Shown here: positions 52,201 through 64,000 of the stretch, in pieces | Position numbering within the stretch: position 1 is the first letter of the stretch | Layout of the letters: every line of letters starts with the position of its first letter | NCBI GenBank assembly: GCA_964016885.1 | Contig: OZ024744.1 | Span: 42,966,001-43,030,000, forward strand | Source of the DNA: Eledone cirrhosa | Taxonomy: Eukaryota | Direction of reading: 5' to 3' | Length of the DNA stretch: 64,000 nucleotides | Notes under the pieces: generated by a model | Database searches by the model: none | What the model saw: the letters and a program-made list of their open reading frames with translations, nothing else | What the model was told of the DNA's origin: nothing | Position numbers and translations under genes: made by a program

Positions 52201-55200
52201 AGACAACACATAGGAATGTGCTAGAGTATACTGATAACTCAGTAGTTAGACAACATATAGTAACGTGTTAGACTGGTCTGACGTTATACCTCTATAGTTA
52301 GACAACATATAGTAATGTGTTAGAGTGGTCTGACAATGTACCTCTGTAGTTAGAGAACATATAGTAATGTGCTAGAGTGGTATGATGTTGTACCTCTGTA
52401 GTTGGAAAACATATAGTAATGTGTTAGAGTGGTCTGAAGATGTACCTCTGTAGTTAGACAACATATAGTAATGTGTTAGACTGGTCTTACGATGTACCTC
52501 TGTAGTTAGACAAAATATAGTATTGTGTTAGACTGCTCTGACGTAATACCTCTGTAGTGAGACAACATATAGTAATGTGTTAGAGTGGTCTGACTTTATA
52601 CCTTTGTGCTTAGACAATATATAGTAATGTGCTAGATTTGTATGATGTAGTACCTCTGTAGTTAGCAAAATATAGGAATATGTTAGACTTGTCTGATGCT
52701 ATACCTCTGTAGGTAGACAATATTTAGTAATGTACTAGACTGGTCTGATGTTATACCCCTGTAGTTAGACAACACATAGGAATGTGCTAGAGTATATTGA
52801 TAGCTCAGTAGTTAGACAACATATAGTAATGTTTTAGACTGGTCAGACGTTATACCTCTATAGTTAGACAACATATAGTAATGTATTAGAGTGGTCTGAT
52901 GTTATTAAACATCTGTAGTTAGACAACATTTAGTAATGTGTTAGAGTGGTCTGACGTTTTACCTTTGAATTTAGACAAAATTTAGTAATATGTTAGACTG
53001 GGATGATGCTATACGTCTGTAGTTAGATATAGTAATGCGTTAGATTTGTCTGATGTTGTACCTTTGTATGTAGACAACATATAGTAATGTGTTAGTGTGG
53101 TCTGACGTTATACCTCTATAGTTAGACAACATAGAGTAATGTTCTAGAGAGGTATGATGTTGTACCTCTGTTGTTAGACAACATATAGTAATGTGTTAGA
53201 GTGGTATGATGTTGTACCTTTGTAGATAGACAATATATAGTAATGGGTTAGAGTGGTCTAACGTTATACTTCTGTAGTAAGACAACATATAGTAACGTGT
53301 TAGAGTGGTCTGATATTGTACCTCTGTAGGTAGACAATATATAGTAATGTGTTAGAGTGGTCTGACGTTATACCTCTGTAGTTAGAGAACATATAGTAAT
53401 GTGCTAGAGTGGTCTGACGTTGTATCTCTGTAGTTAGAGAACATATATTAATGAACTACAGTGGTCTGACGTTGAACCTCTCTAGTTAGATGACATACAG
53501 TAATGTGTTAGAGTGGGCTGACGTGTACCTCTGTCGTTAGACAACATATAGTAATGTGTTAGAGTGGTCTGATGTTATAAATTTGTAGTTAGACAACATA
53601 TAGTAATGTGCTAGTGTGGTCTGACGTTGTACCTCTGTAGTTAGACAACATATAGTAATGTGTTAGACTGGTCTGACGTTATACCTCTGTAGTTAGACAA
53701 CATATAGTAATGTGTTAGACTGGTCTGATCTTTGTACCTCTGTAGTTAGAGAACATATATAATGTTAGACTGGTTTGACGTTATACCTCTGTAGTTAGAG
53801 AACATATAGTAATGTGCTAATGTGTTCTGATGTTGTACCTCCGTAGTTAGACGAGATATAGTAATGTGCTAGAGTGGTCAGAAGTTGTACCTCTGTAGTT
53901 AGACAACATATAGTAATGTGTTAGAGTGGTCTGACGTTGTACCTCTGTAGTTAGACAACATGTAGTAATGTGCTAGTGTGGTCCGGTGTTATACCTCTGC
54001 AGTTAGACAACATATAGTAATGTGCTAGAGTGGTTTGACTTTGTAGCTCTGTAGTTAGACAACATATAGTAATGAAATAAAGTGGTCTGACGTTGTACCT
54101 CTGTAGTTAGACAACATATAGTAATCAGTTACACTGGTCTGATGTTATACCTCTGTAGTTAGACAACATATAGTAGTGTGTTAGAGGGGTCTGATGTTGT
54201 ACCTCTGTAGTTAGACAACATATAGTAATGAACTACAGTGGTCTGATGTTATAACTCTGTAGGTAGACAACATATAGTAATGTGTTAGTGTGGTCTGATG
54301 TTGTACCTCTGTAGTTAGACATCATAGAGTAATGTGTTAGAGTGGTCTAACGTTATACTTCTGCAGTTAGACAACATATAGTAACGTGTAAGAGTGGTCT
54401 GACGTTATACCTTTGTAGTTAGACAATATATAGCAATGGGTTAGACAGGTCAGACGTTATACCTCTGTAGTTAGAATACATAGAGTAATGTGCTAGATTG
54501 GTCTGCTGTTGTACCGCTATAGTTAGAGAACATATAGTAATGTGCTAGAGTGGTCTGACGTTGTACCTTTGTAGTTAGACAACATATAGTAATGAACTAC
54601 AGTGGTCTGACATTGAACCTCCCTAGTTAGATAACATAGAGTAATGTGTTAGGGTGGTCTGACGTGTACCTCTGTCGTTAGACAGCATATAGTAATGTGT
54701 TACAGTGGTCTGGTGTTATAATTCTGTAGTTAGACAGCATATAGTAATGTGCTAGACTGGACTGACGTTGTACCTCTGTATTTAGACAACATACAGTAAT
54801 GTGTTAGATTGGTCTGATGTTATACCTCTGTACTTAGACAACATATAGTAATGTACTAGAGTGGTCTGACACATATAGTAATGTGTTAGAGTGGTATTGT
54901 GTTGTACCGCTGTAGTTTGACAACATATAGTAATGTATTAGAGTGGTCTGACGTTGTACCTCTGTATTTAGACAAAATATAGTAATGTGTTAGAGTGGTC
55001 TGATGTTTTACCTCTGTACTTAGACAACATATAGTAATATGCTAGAATGGTCTGATGTTGTACCGCTGTAGTTAGACAAAATATAGTAATGGGTTAGCGT
55101 GGTCTGACGTTATACCTCTGTAGTTAGACAACATATAGTAATGTGCTAGAGTGGTCTGACGTTGTACCTCTGTAGTTAGACCACACATAGTAATGTGTCA

Positions 55201-55302
55201 GTATGGTCTGATACCTCTGTAGTTAGACGACATATTGTAATCTGTTACACTGGTCTAATGTTATACCTCTGTAGTTATACAACATATAGTAGTGTGTTAG
55301 AG

Positions 55303-56665
55303 TGGTCTGACGTTGTACCTCAGTAGTTAGACAACATATAGTAATGTGCTAGAGTGGTATTATGTTGTACCTCTGTAGTTAGACAACATATAGTAATGTG
55401 TTAGAGTGGTCTGTTGTTATACCTCTGTAGCTTGACAACATATAGTAATGTATTAGTGGTCTGACGTTGTACCTCTGTAGTTAGACAACATCTACTAATA
55501 TCTTAGACTGGTATGATGCTATACCTTTGTAGTTAGACAACATATAGTAATGTTCTTGACTGGTCTGATGTTATTCCTCAGTAGTTAGACAACATATAGT
55601 AATGTGTTAGACTGCTCTGACGTTATACCTCTATAGTTTGACAACATATATTAATGTGTTAGAGTGGTCTGATGTTATACATCTGTAGTTAGACAACACT
55701 TAGTAATGTGTTAGAGTATTCTGATGTTGTACCTTTGTAGGTAGACAATATATAGAAAAGTGTTAGAGTGGTCTGATGTTATACCTCTGTAGTTAGACAA
55801 CATATAGTAATGTGTTAGAGTGGTATGATTTTATACATCTGTAGTTAGACAACATAATAATGTGCTAGACTGGCCTGACGGCGTATCTCTGTAGTTAGAC
55901 AACATACAGTAATATGTTAGAGTGGCCTGCTGTTGTACCTCTGTACGTAGCCACCATATAGTAATGTGTTAGACTGGTCTGACGTTGTACCTCAGTAGTT
56001 AGACAACATATAGTAATGTGCTAGAGTGGTATTATGTTGTACCTCTGTAGTTAGACAACATATAGTAATGTGTTAGAGTGGTCTGTTGTTATACCTCTGT
56101 AGCTTGACAACATATAGTAATGTATTAGTGGTCTGACGTTGTACCTCTGTAGTTAGACAACATCTACTAATATCTTAGACTGGTATGATGCTATACCTTT
56201 GTAGTTAGACAACATATAGTAATGTTCTTGACTGGTCTGATGTTATTCCTCAGTAGTTAGACAACATATAGTAATGTGTTAGACTGCTCTGACGTTATAC
56301 CTCTATAGTTTGACAACATATATTAATGTGTTAGAGTGGTCTGATGTTATACATCTGTAGTTAGACAACACTTAGTAATGTGTTAGAGTATTCTGATGTT
56401 GTACCTTTGTAGGTAGACAATATATAGAAAAGTGTTAGAGTGGTCTGATGTTATACCTCTGTAGTTAGACAACATATAGTAATGTGTTAGAGTGGTATGA
56501 TTTTATACATCTGTAGTTAGACAACATAATAATGTGCTAGACTGGCCTGACGGCGTATCTCTGTAGTTAGACAACATACAGTAATATGTTAGAGTGGCCT
56601 GCTGTTGTACCTCTGTACGTAGCCACCATATAGTAATGTGTTAGACTGGTCTGACGTTGTACCTC
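55303..56665. repeat. 672-bp (13-monomer) tandem duplication within the satellite
   Basis: CAGTAG 55321/55993 and CTTGACAAC 55431/56103; GACGGCGTATCT and CTGTACGTAGCCACC occur in both copies. Confidence 0.92.
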
Positions 56666-57657
56666 TGTAGTTAGACCACATGTAGTAATGTGTTTGACTG
56701 GTCTGACGTCATACCTCTGTAGTTAGACAACATATAGTAATGTGCTAGAGTGGTCTGACGTTGTACCTCTGTAGTTAGACAACATACAGTAATTTGTTAG
56801 AATGGTCTGACGTTGCACCTCTGTAGTTAGACCACATATAGTAATGTGTTACATTGGTCTGATGTTATACCTCCGTAGTTAGACAACATATAGTAGTGTG
56901 TTAGAATGGTCTGACGTTGTACGTCTGTAGTTAGACAACATATAGTAATATTCTAGAGTTGTATGATGCTGTACCTCTATAGTTAGACAACATTTAGTAA
57001 TGTGTTAGAGTTGTCTGACGTTGTACCTCTGTAGTTAGACAAAATATAGTAATGTGTTAGATTGGTCTGATGTTATAACTCTGTAGTTCGACAACATATA
57101 GTAGTGTGTTAGAGTGGTCTGACGATGTAACTCTGTAATTAGACAACATATAGTAATGTGTTAGTGTGTATGATAAGATACCTCCGTAGTTAGACAACAT
57201 ATAGTAAAGTGCTAGATTGCTTTGATACCTCTATAGTTAGACAACATATAGTAATCTGTTAGACTGGTCTGACGTTATACCTCTGTGGTTATACAACATA
57301 TTGTAAAGTGTTAGAGTAGTCTGACGTTGTACCTCTGTAGTTAGCAAAATATAGGAATATATTAGACTTGTCTGATGTTATACATCTGTAGTTAGACAAT
57401 ATATAGTAATGTACTAGACTTGTCTGATGTTATACCTCTGTAGTTAGACAACATATAGTAATGTGTTAGACTGGTCTGACGTTATACCTCTATAGTTAGA
57501 CAACATATAGTATTGTGTTAGAGTGGTCTGATGTTATACATCTGTATTTAGACAACATTTAGTAATGTGCTAGAGTGGTCTGATGTATCTCTGTAGTGAG
57601 ACAACATATAGGAATAAACTACAGTGGTCTGACGTTGTACCTTTGTAGTTAGACAGC

Positions 57658-60600
57658 AATGCTGAAATAAAAAATACATTGAATAAAAATACGGCCATTG
57701 AGGAAATGAATGCTAACGGGCTAGGACAAGATTTGGTTATGCTAATACTGCTGGTGCCGGAGGAAGAAGAAAGAAAGGGACCAGAACCAACTGGACGAAA
57801 GAATTGAATAGAACTGTTATGCCATGTTACCTGAAGAGTAACCCCAAGGAAAAAGGCTATAGGGAACGGATGCATAACATCTTGAACGAGATTGGTCTAT
57901 TTAAGTTAGATGAACAAAAATTGGCCGGGCAGGCTCGGGTAATAAGAACTAATGGGTGGATAAGCGAGCTGGAACTGGAGGAACTGAGCAGAGAGATTAG
58001 GTTGGAAATGGAGAGTGGAGTATGAAGGTGAAGAGGTTAAGAGAACGGAGGAACCATCCGTAGCAGACAATGATCTGAATGCTGAAATAAATAATACCTG
58101 GAACAGAGATACGGCCATTGAGGAGATGAATGCTGAGGGGCTAGGACAAGATTTGTTTGACATCCTAAACTTAGTGGTAGATCAAATGAACAATGATAGT
58201 GGGAAACCTATGAACCTAATATTTGTAGTCATGAAAAAGTTAAAAGAAACAACAGCTAAGGTAAACAAAGTCATCCCATACCTTGAGGCGAGGAGCCTTC
58301 ACCAGTGTAACAATATCCTCAAAGAAACAGCAAATGCGGTGAGGAAATTATTTGACATAAAAGCGAGAGGAAACAACAAACTAGAAAGATCAGAACCTTG
58401 GTGCAAGAAACGACTGAATGGTCAAATCAGGGAAATGAGAAATGACATTGGAAAGCTTGAGTCCCTACTGAATGGGGCACTACAAAACATAGACACTAAA
58501 AATGGACTGGAAATAAAGTACAAAACTAGGAGGAAAAAGCTAAATATTATCATAGAGGAACTGAAGCAACGCATTGTAGCAAAAAGTGCAAAAATCAGGC
58601 GATACGAGAACAGTCAGCCAATATAGACAGAACCGCATGTTCGACAACAACCAGAAGATGCTGTTTGGACAGCTTGAAGGGAAAGAAAGAGGCAACGACT
58701 TGATCCCTGAGGCGGAACAAACTAAAACATTCTGGAGAGGAATATGGGAACAGGATGTTAAACATAATGACCAGGCAGTGTGGATTGAGACAGTACAGAA
58801 GGAGATCAGTGAACAGGCACGCCAACAAACTGATTTGAGTATCACAGTTGAAACTCTTAAGGGGCAGGCCAAAAAACTAACCAACTGGAAATCACCAGGC
58901 CCAGATGGTGTTCAGGGGTATTGAATTAAAAACATAACATCCCTTCACCCGAAACTGACAACCATGTTCAATGACTGCTTGATATCAGGTGAGGTACCAG
59001 AGTGGTTGACAAAAGGTACCACAGTTCTGATAATGTAAGACCGAATCAAGGGTAATGATGTTACCAACTAGAGACCTATCACATGTATGTCCGTAATGTG
59101 GAAACTGTTGACAAGCATTATGTCTGAGGAAATCTACCATCACCTCCACACGAACAACTTGTTACCGGACGAACAGAAAGGATGCCGAAAGAAGTCACGT
59201 GGTACAAAGGACCAGTTACTTATTGATAAGATGGTAATGAGGAATTGCAAGAGGAGACACACTGGTCTTGCCATGGGATGGATAGACTACAAAAAGGCAT
59301 TTGACATGGTGCTTCATTCTTGGATCACCAAAAGCCTGGAGATCTTCAAGGTGGCAGATAACATCAGGCAGTTGTTGGGCAAAAGTATGAAGTCCTGGGA
59401 AACAGAGTTAACATCAACTGGAGAATCCTTGGGAAGCGTGAAGATCAAGAGAGGTATCTCTCAGGGAGATAATCTGTCCCCTCTGTTGTTTGTCCTTGCC
59501 CTGATTCCCCTGACCAGTGTACTGCGCAAAGTGAGAGCAGGATATAGGTTGGGAAAGGGAGGGCTTACCATCAATCACCTCCTCTTCATGGACGATCTTA
59601 AGCTCTTCGGGAAGAGTGAGAAGGAGTTGGATGTGCTTGTTGACACTGTCCGTATTTTCAGCAATGATATATGTATGCAATTTGGTATTAGTAAGTGTGG
59701 AGTCATTGTGATGAGGGGGGGGGGGGGTAAGTTGAGCAGAAGTAACGGAATCCAGATACCAACAGGTGAGATGATAAAAGAAATTGACTCTGAGGAAGGA
59801 TACAAGTATTTGGGTGTGCTGGAGGCTGATGACATCAAGAACAAAAAAATGAAGGAATTGATAAGAACTGAATACCTTCGGAGAGTAAGGAGCATATTAA
59901 AGTCACATCTGAACAGTAGGAATGTCATAAGTGCAGTAAATTCCCGAGCTGTATCTATTATTAGGTACAGTGCGGGAATTCTGAGATGGAATGTTGCTGA
60001 ACAAAAAGAAATGGATAGGAAGACTAGGAAACTATTGACTATCTATAACATTGTTCCACAAGAGGAGTGATGTCGATAGACTCTACTTAAGGAGATCTGA
60101 AGGTGGAAGAGGTCTTATCAGCATAGAGGACTGTGTTCAGATGGAGAAAAACAACCTACACAAATACGTGACTGATAGTAAGGAGCCAATGCTCAGAACT
60201 GTACTGAAGGAGGGGACAATAGGCCAGGGGATGTCCAAGGAGAAAATAACATCCAGGAGAAAGAGCAGCCTTCAGGAAAAATCCCTTCATAGTACCTTCT
60301 TTGAGAAAACTGAATCTAGAGATCCACAGACATGGAACTGGTTGAACAGAGGAGACCTTAAAAAGGCTACAGAAAGAATGCTAATGGCTGCACAAGAGCA
60401 GGCCCTCAAAACGAAGTGGTTGAAACACCACATTTACAAGGAGGAGGCTAGCCCACTGTGCAGGATCTGTGGAGAGAGAGAGGAGACTGTGGCTCACATT
60501 GTGTCCGAGTGTAAACACCTAGCCCAGACTCACTATAAGGGCTGGAGACATGATGTGATGGGAAGGGTGATCCACTGGCACCTATGCAAAGTAAACAATT

Positions 60601-61129
60601 TACCACATTCTGAGAAGAGGTATGAGCATAAGCCAGAGGCGGTGATAGAAAACGATCAGGTGAAGGTGCTGTGGGATTTTAGGATACAGACGGACAAGAA
60701 ACTGGAACACAATAGACCTGACCTGGTGGTTTTGGACAAAGAAAAAAGATCGTGCCTGATTGTGGATGTGGCCTGCCCATTCGACACGAGAGTGCAAGAG
60801 AAGGAGAGGGAGAAAATTAACCGATACCAGGACTTAAAGTGGGAGGTAAAAAGGATTTGGAACTGCCATGAAGTCAAAGTGATCCCGATTGTCATAGGCG
60901 CACTAGGGACTATCTCAAAAAGTTTCCAGGGATGGTTAAGGAAAATTGGCCCCTTCACGCTTTTTGGAACGCTTCAAAAGGCATGCTTGCTGGGAACGGC
61001 AAGAACCCTCCGATACGTCCTGAATATCTGAGGCTGCAGGTAGTGGCTTGATATTCATCTCAACAAACTTTCCAGTTAACTAACATCAATGACTGAGACT
61101 CAAAGAACAATAATAAGAATAATAATAAT
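57658..61129 (+). mobile_element. R4/Dong-clade non-LTR retrotransposon, near full-length ORF, disabled
   Basis: N-terminal CYLKSNP...GYRERM...QARVIRTNGW; RT motifs [40 protein letters not shown] and YKYLG; CCHC knuckle CRICGEREETVAHIVSEC; RLE motif RPDLVV...IVDVACP...KYQ-like. Stop at 61029-61031, then a short 3' UTR and an (AAT)n tail at 61109-61129. Confidence 0.92.
57804..61031 (+). pseudogene. RT-zinc knuckle-RLE polyprotein pseudogene of the R4/Dong element
   Basis: Split over ORFs starting at 57804, 58015, 58586, 59087 and 60051. Frameshifts lie near 58020, 58615 and 60050, with in-frame stops at 58922-58924, 59036-59038 and 59069-59071. Confidence 0.9.
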
Positions 61130-64000
61130 GATTTCTTTATTGGCCACAAGGGCTGACATCAAGAAAAACATTACAGACGGCACAGGACGGTACAGGACGG
61201 TACGATGTGGGTTTTGTGCGTGTAAATATTTTTATTATTTATATACGAAAATATAAAAAAAAAGGACATAGAAATATATATATATATAAACAATAAAAAT
61301 GAAAATTGAAACAATGAAAAATTCCCCAATAGGGAGGAAACCTCCGAGGGTTACTCGTGGCTAAAACCACACAAAAGACCACGGTCAACCTGACCACCAG
61401 TGCAAGCGCCCTCTCTCAATTTTTCCCTCTCAAACTACAGACGTATATTCAGACCATTCTCGCTACATTCAGCCACCTTTCAACAAACTTGCTAGAAGGC
61501 AGCACTTGCCAGTTTCCAAGCGCTATCCCTCGGTCTTTTTCTGACCCAGGACTGCAGCTCCGTCAAGGAGACGAGCTGTGGGAAAACGTGCCTGGCGAAC
61601 GGCGACCACACCTGTTCACCGTCAAGGAAGCACCAGAGATGTCGCAGCCTCAGCGCATGTTTGCGCATCATCAGCCATGGCATGCACAGTCCTCCACGCA
61701 ACGGGTGTTGACAGCAGATGGATCGTCTGACCATGGGAGCGCGTCCCTTCCACAAAAAGCGGAAGAGGAGGCGCTCCATTTTGGTGAGAGTTGGGCTGGA
61801 GCAAGGGACGACGGTGAGGCAGTAGCAGATGACGGATGCGATGTACGCATTCGCCACCTCCGCCCGGCCATTCAGGGACAGCTTCCTCTCGGCCCATTTC
61901 TGGGTGAGGGAGGCCACCCTGCTCGTCACCTCGTTCCAGTTTTTCTCCATCTGGAGGTTGGTCCGAACAAGACCCCGAGCAAGTTAACCGGTCCGTCCGT
62001 CCAACGCCCCACGACGCTGTCGGACGGCATGGACTTGCCTCTCCAGGTGCCGAGCTGCAAACACAACGACCTTTCCTGGTTTATCTTTGCTCCTGTCACC
62101 GCTTCGTATTCCTTGAGAGCGGTGCCGAGCATCTGGACGTGTCTGGTGTTCGACACCACCACGGTGACGTCGTCAGCGTAAACCGACTCAGATTTCCCGC
62201 ATCCTAGTTCGCGTGGGACGCCCCTCATCGCCCTCAGTTTGTGCAGTAACGGCTCGAGAGCCAATACGTCCAAGAGGCACGAGAGGGGACAACCCTGGCG
62301 GACTGAGTGCATGATGCTGAACGGCTGCGACAGGTGACCGTTCACCCTCACAACTGAGCAGATGTCGCTGTACATTGCTGCGATTCAACCCCTGAAAACG
62401 GGCCCGAAATCGGCTGCCGCGAGGACCGCCGCCAGGTACCGATGGTCGACCCTATCGAATGCTTTGGATTGATCCAAGTTGATCAGGGCACCACCCGTGC
62501 CAGGTTGCTTAACCACCCTCTCTATGATATATCGCATGAGGTGGAGGTTGTCGTGTATGGATCTGTCCGGAATGGCGCACGTCTGCGCCTCTCCCACCAA
62601 ACCCTTGACGACAAGCGCCAACCTCGTTGCTAACACCTTGGCCAAAATCTTGAACTCTGCGTTTAGCAGGGTTATGGGCCTGAAATTATCGATAACATCC
62701 CCTTGTTCGGGTCTTTTCTCAGCAGCGCCACTGCTCCCCGGCTCACAAAGCTAGGAATGCTCCCGTTCTGCTGACAGTTTCAGTAGACGTCTGCCAAGAG
62801 GTCACCGAACAAGTCTGGCATAAATGCATAAAGCTCGTAGGGCAGACCATCCAAACCTGGCGATTTACCCCTTGTGCAGTTAGCCATCGCTTCCCGTATT
62901 TCACCGGCTGTTATTGGCTTTTCGCAACACTGTGCTGCGGTCGTCGAGAGCTGAGGCAGTCCGTCGAGGTATGCACTGAAGTCCATGCCCCGGTCCTGGC
63001 CGCCGCCGCTCCCGAACAGTTCAGCAAAGTGCTGCTGAAAAGCTTCACACATCCGCTCGGGTTCGAGCATCACGCACCCGTTTTGGTCAGACAAAGACCG
63101 AATTGTGGCTTTGTTGCCACGTCGCGGCTCTGCCACCCAGGCCCATTGGACGGCTTTCGTCCCCTCGTGTTTCAGAGCACGCACTCTAGCTCTGACAACG
63201 CAGCCTTCGTGTTTTGCGTTGAAGAATTGGTCGAGTGCCAATCTCGTCGCAAGCACGTCGGTTGCGATGCCTGTCCTAAACGCCTCTTCTAGCTTTCTGA
63301 CTAGCTCTCCCTCTACTCTATTTTCCTCTATCACTACTCCTTTGCTAAACCTAATCGACTCTACTTTAATTGCCCTTTTCAGGGCGAACCACCATCTGTT
63401 GTTGACGACCGCTCCCGTCAACGCCCGCTTAACTAATACGCTAATCCGGTCTCTGTAGGCTTTGCGCACCGGGAAAGAGGCGTTCAGCTTCCAGTAACTA
63501 GGCCCTTGTCTATGAAGTCTGTCTATATCGATCTCATAGATCACAAATTTGTAGTCTGTGTAGTCGACTATTTTAAATTGTGGACAACTTATACTAGCCT
63601 TATCTAGTTCTCTGCAGAATACCATATCGGGATACGATCTGGATGACCCGATGCGGTTTGTCCATGTCCACATTGGCACATTCGGGTGATCCAATCGATA
63701 CCTGTCAGACAGTTCAAAACGTCTGAGCAGGTTGGTGAGACTCTTGCACCCTCCTCCCCTATCCAGTAGCCCCAAACAATCCCAGCGTGCATCCAAGATA
63801 CTGTTCCAGTCGCCCACTAAAACTAAAGAGCGGGACGTTCTAAGAAAGGTCTCTAGACGTCTGAAGAAATCTGGTCGTCCTGCCCCTGTTGGGGCGTAGA
63901 CGGCTACTAGCCTGAAAGCATTGCCTTCGCTGCTGGTCACGTCCAGCACCACCGACTTTCCTTCTGGGTCTAGGAAGATGGCTCGTATCGCGAGATCCAA
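61109..64000 (-). mobile_element. L1/Tx1-clade LINE ORF2 (APE + RT), disabled, continues beyond the window
   Basis: FRLVAVYAP, LVLVGDWN, WTWTN, YWKLN, KSPGLDGLPYELY, NFRPITLLNAEFKILAK, LDQSKAFDRVDH, SVRQGCPLS, YADD and LSLNGRA, with several frameshifts and stops. Minus-strand AATAAA at 61136-61141 is followed by an (ATT)n tail. Confidence 0.92.

Larger units (their letters stand above)
12040..57657. repeat. 52-bp satellite DNA array, ~45.6 kb, roughly 850 head-to-tail monomers
   Basis: Consensus GTAGTTAGACAACATATAGTAATGTGTTAGAGTGGTCTGACGTTGTACCTCT with period 52 (e.g. CGTT at 12421 and 12473). A recurrent 47-bp variant (TCTGATACC) is present, and I saw a single orientation throughout. The copy number is estimated from length. 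Confidence 0.98.

Noticed and set aside
12040-57657. CRISPR-like array (conserved part plus variable part)
   Set aside because: The variable parts are homologous point variants of one consensus rather than unique spacers. There are no cas genes and the context is eukaryotic.
12040-57657. Tandem-repeat protein gene (ORFs such as MLSNYRGTT at 14540-14803 and 31885-32127)
   Set aside because: The 52-bp and 47-bp periods are not multiples of 3 and stops are frequent, so the ORFs are chance openings.
12040-57657. Telomeric repeat origin (TTAG cores)
   Set aside because: There are no TTAGGG or TTAGG runs; TTAG is followed by AC, AG or TG within a complex monomer.
61357-62181. 274-aa plus-strand ORF and other antisense ORFs over the LINEs
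   Set aside because: These are shadow ORFs opposite GC-rich L1/Tx1 coding sequence, with no independent motifs.
57804-64000. Active autonomous retrotransposons
   Set aside because: Both elements carry multiple frameshifts and in-frame stops. Some indels could be sequencing errors, but the substitution-type stops argue for real decay.

Overview
Eukaryotic, repeat-only window with no intact host gene, rRNA, tRNA or CRISPR array that I can support. The repeat families, notably the SINE at 14502-14669, resemble those I recall from octopus/cephalopod genomes; this is an inference. Layout: (1) 1-12039 is a nest of dead retroelements: a putative Penelope-like remnant with a type I hammerhead ribozyme, a CR1 LINE split by a CRE LINE, a 381-bp palindrome folded back on a hammerhead-like stem II, an RTE LINE split by an Ingi/Vingi fragment, minus-strand CRE pieces and microsatellites. 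(2) ~12040-57657 is a ~45.6-kb satellite of a 52-bp monomer (consensus GTAGTTAGACAACATATAGTAATGTGTTAGAGTGGTCTGACGTTGTACCTCT, roughly 850 copies). It has diverged flanks, two insertions in the left flank and a young core made of nested 8895-bp and 2154-bp duplications. (3) 57658-64000 holds a near full-length but disabled R4/Dong LINE (+) meeting an L1/Tx1 LINE (-) tail-to-tail on one shared (AAT)n tract. The best leads are the hammerhead-centred palindrome with its related hammerhead motifs, and the layered higher-order structure of the satellite. Coordinates were counted by eye, and element ends without a TSD are approximate.
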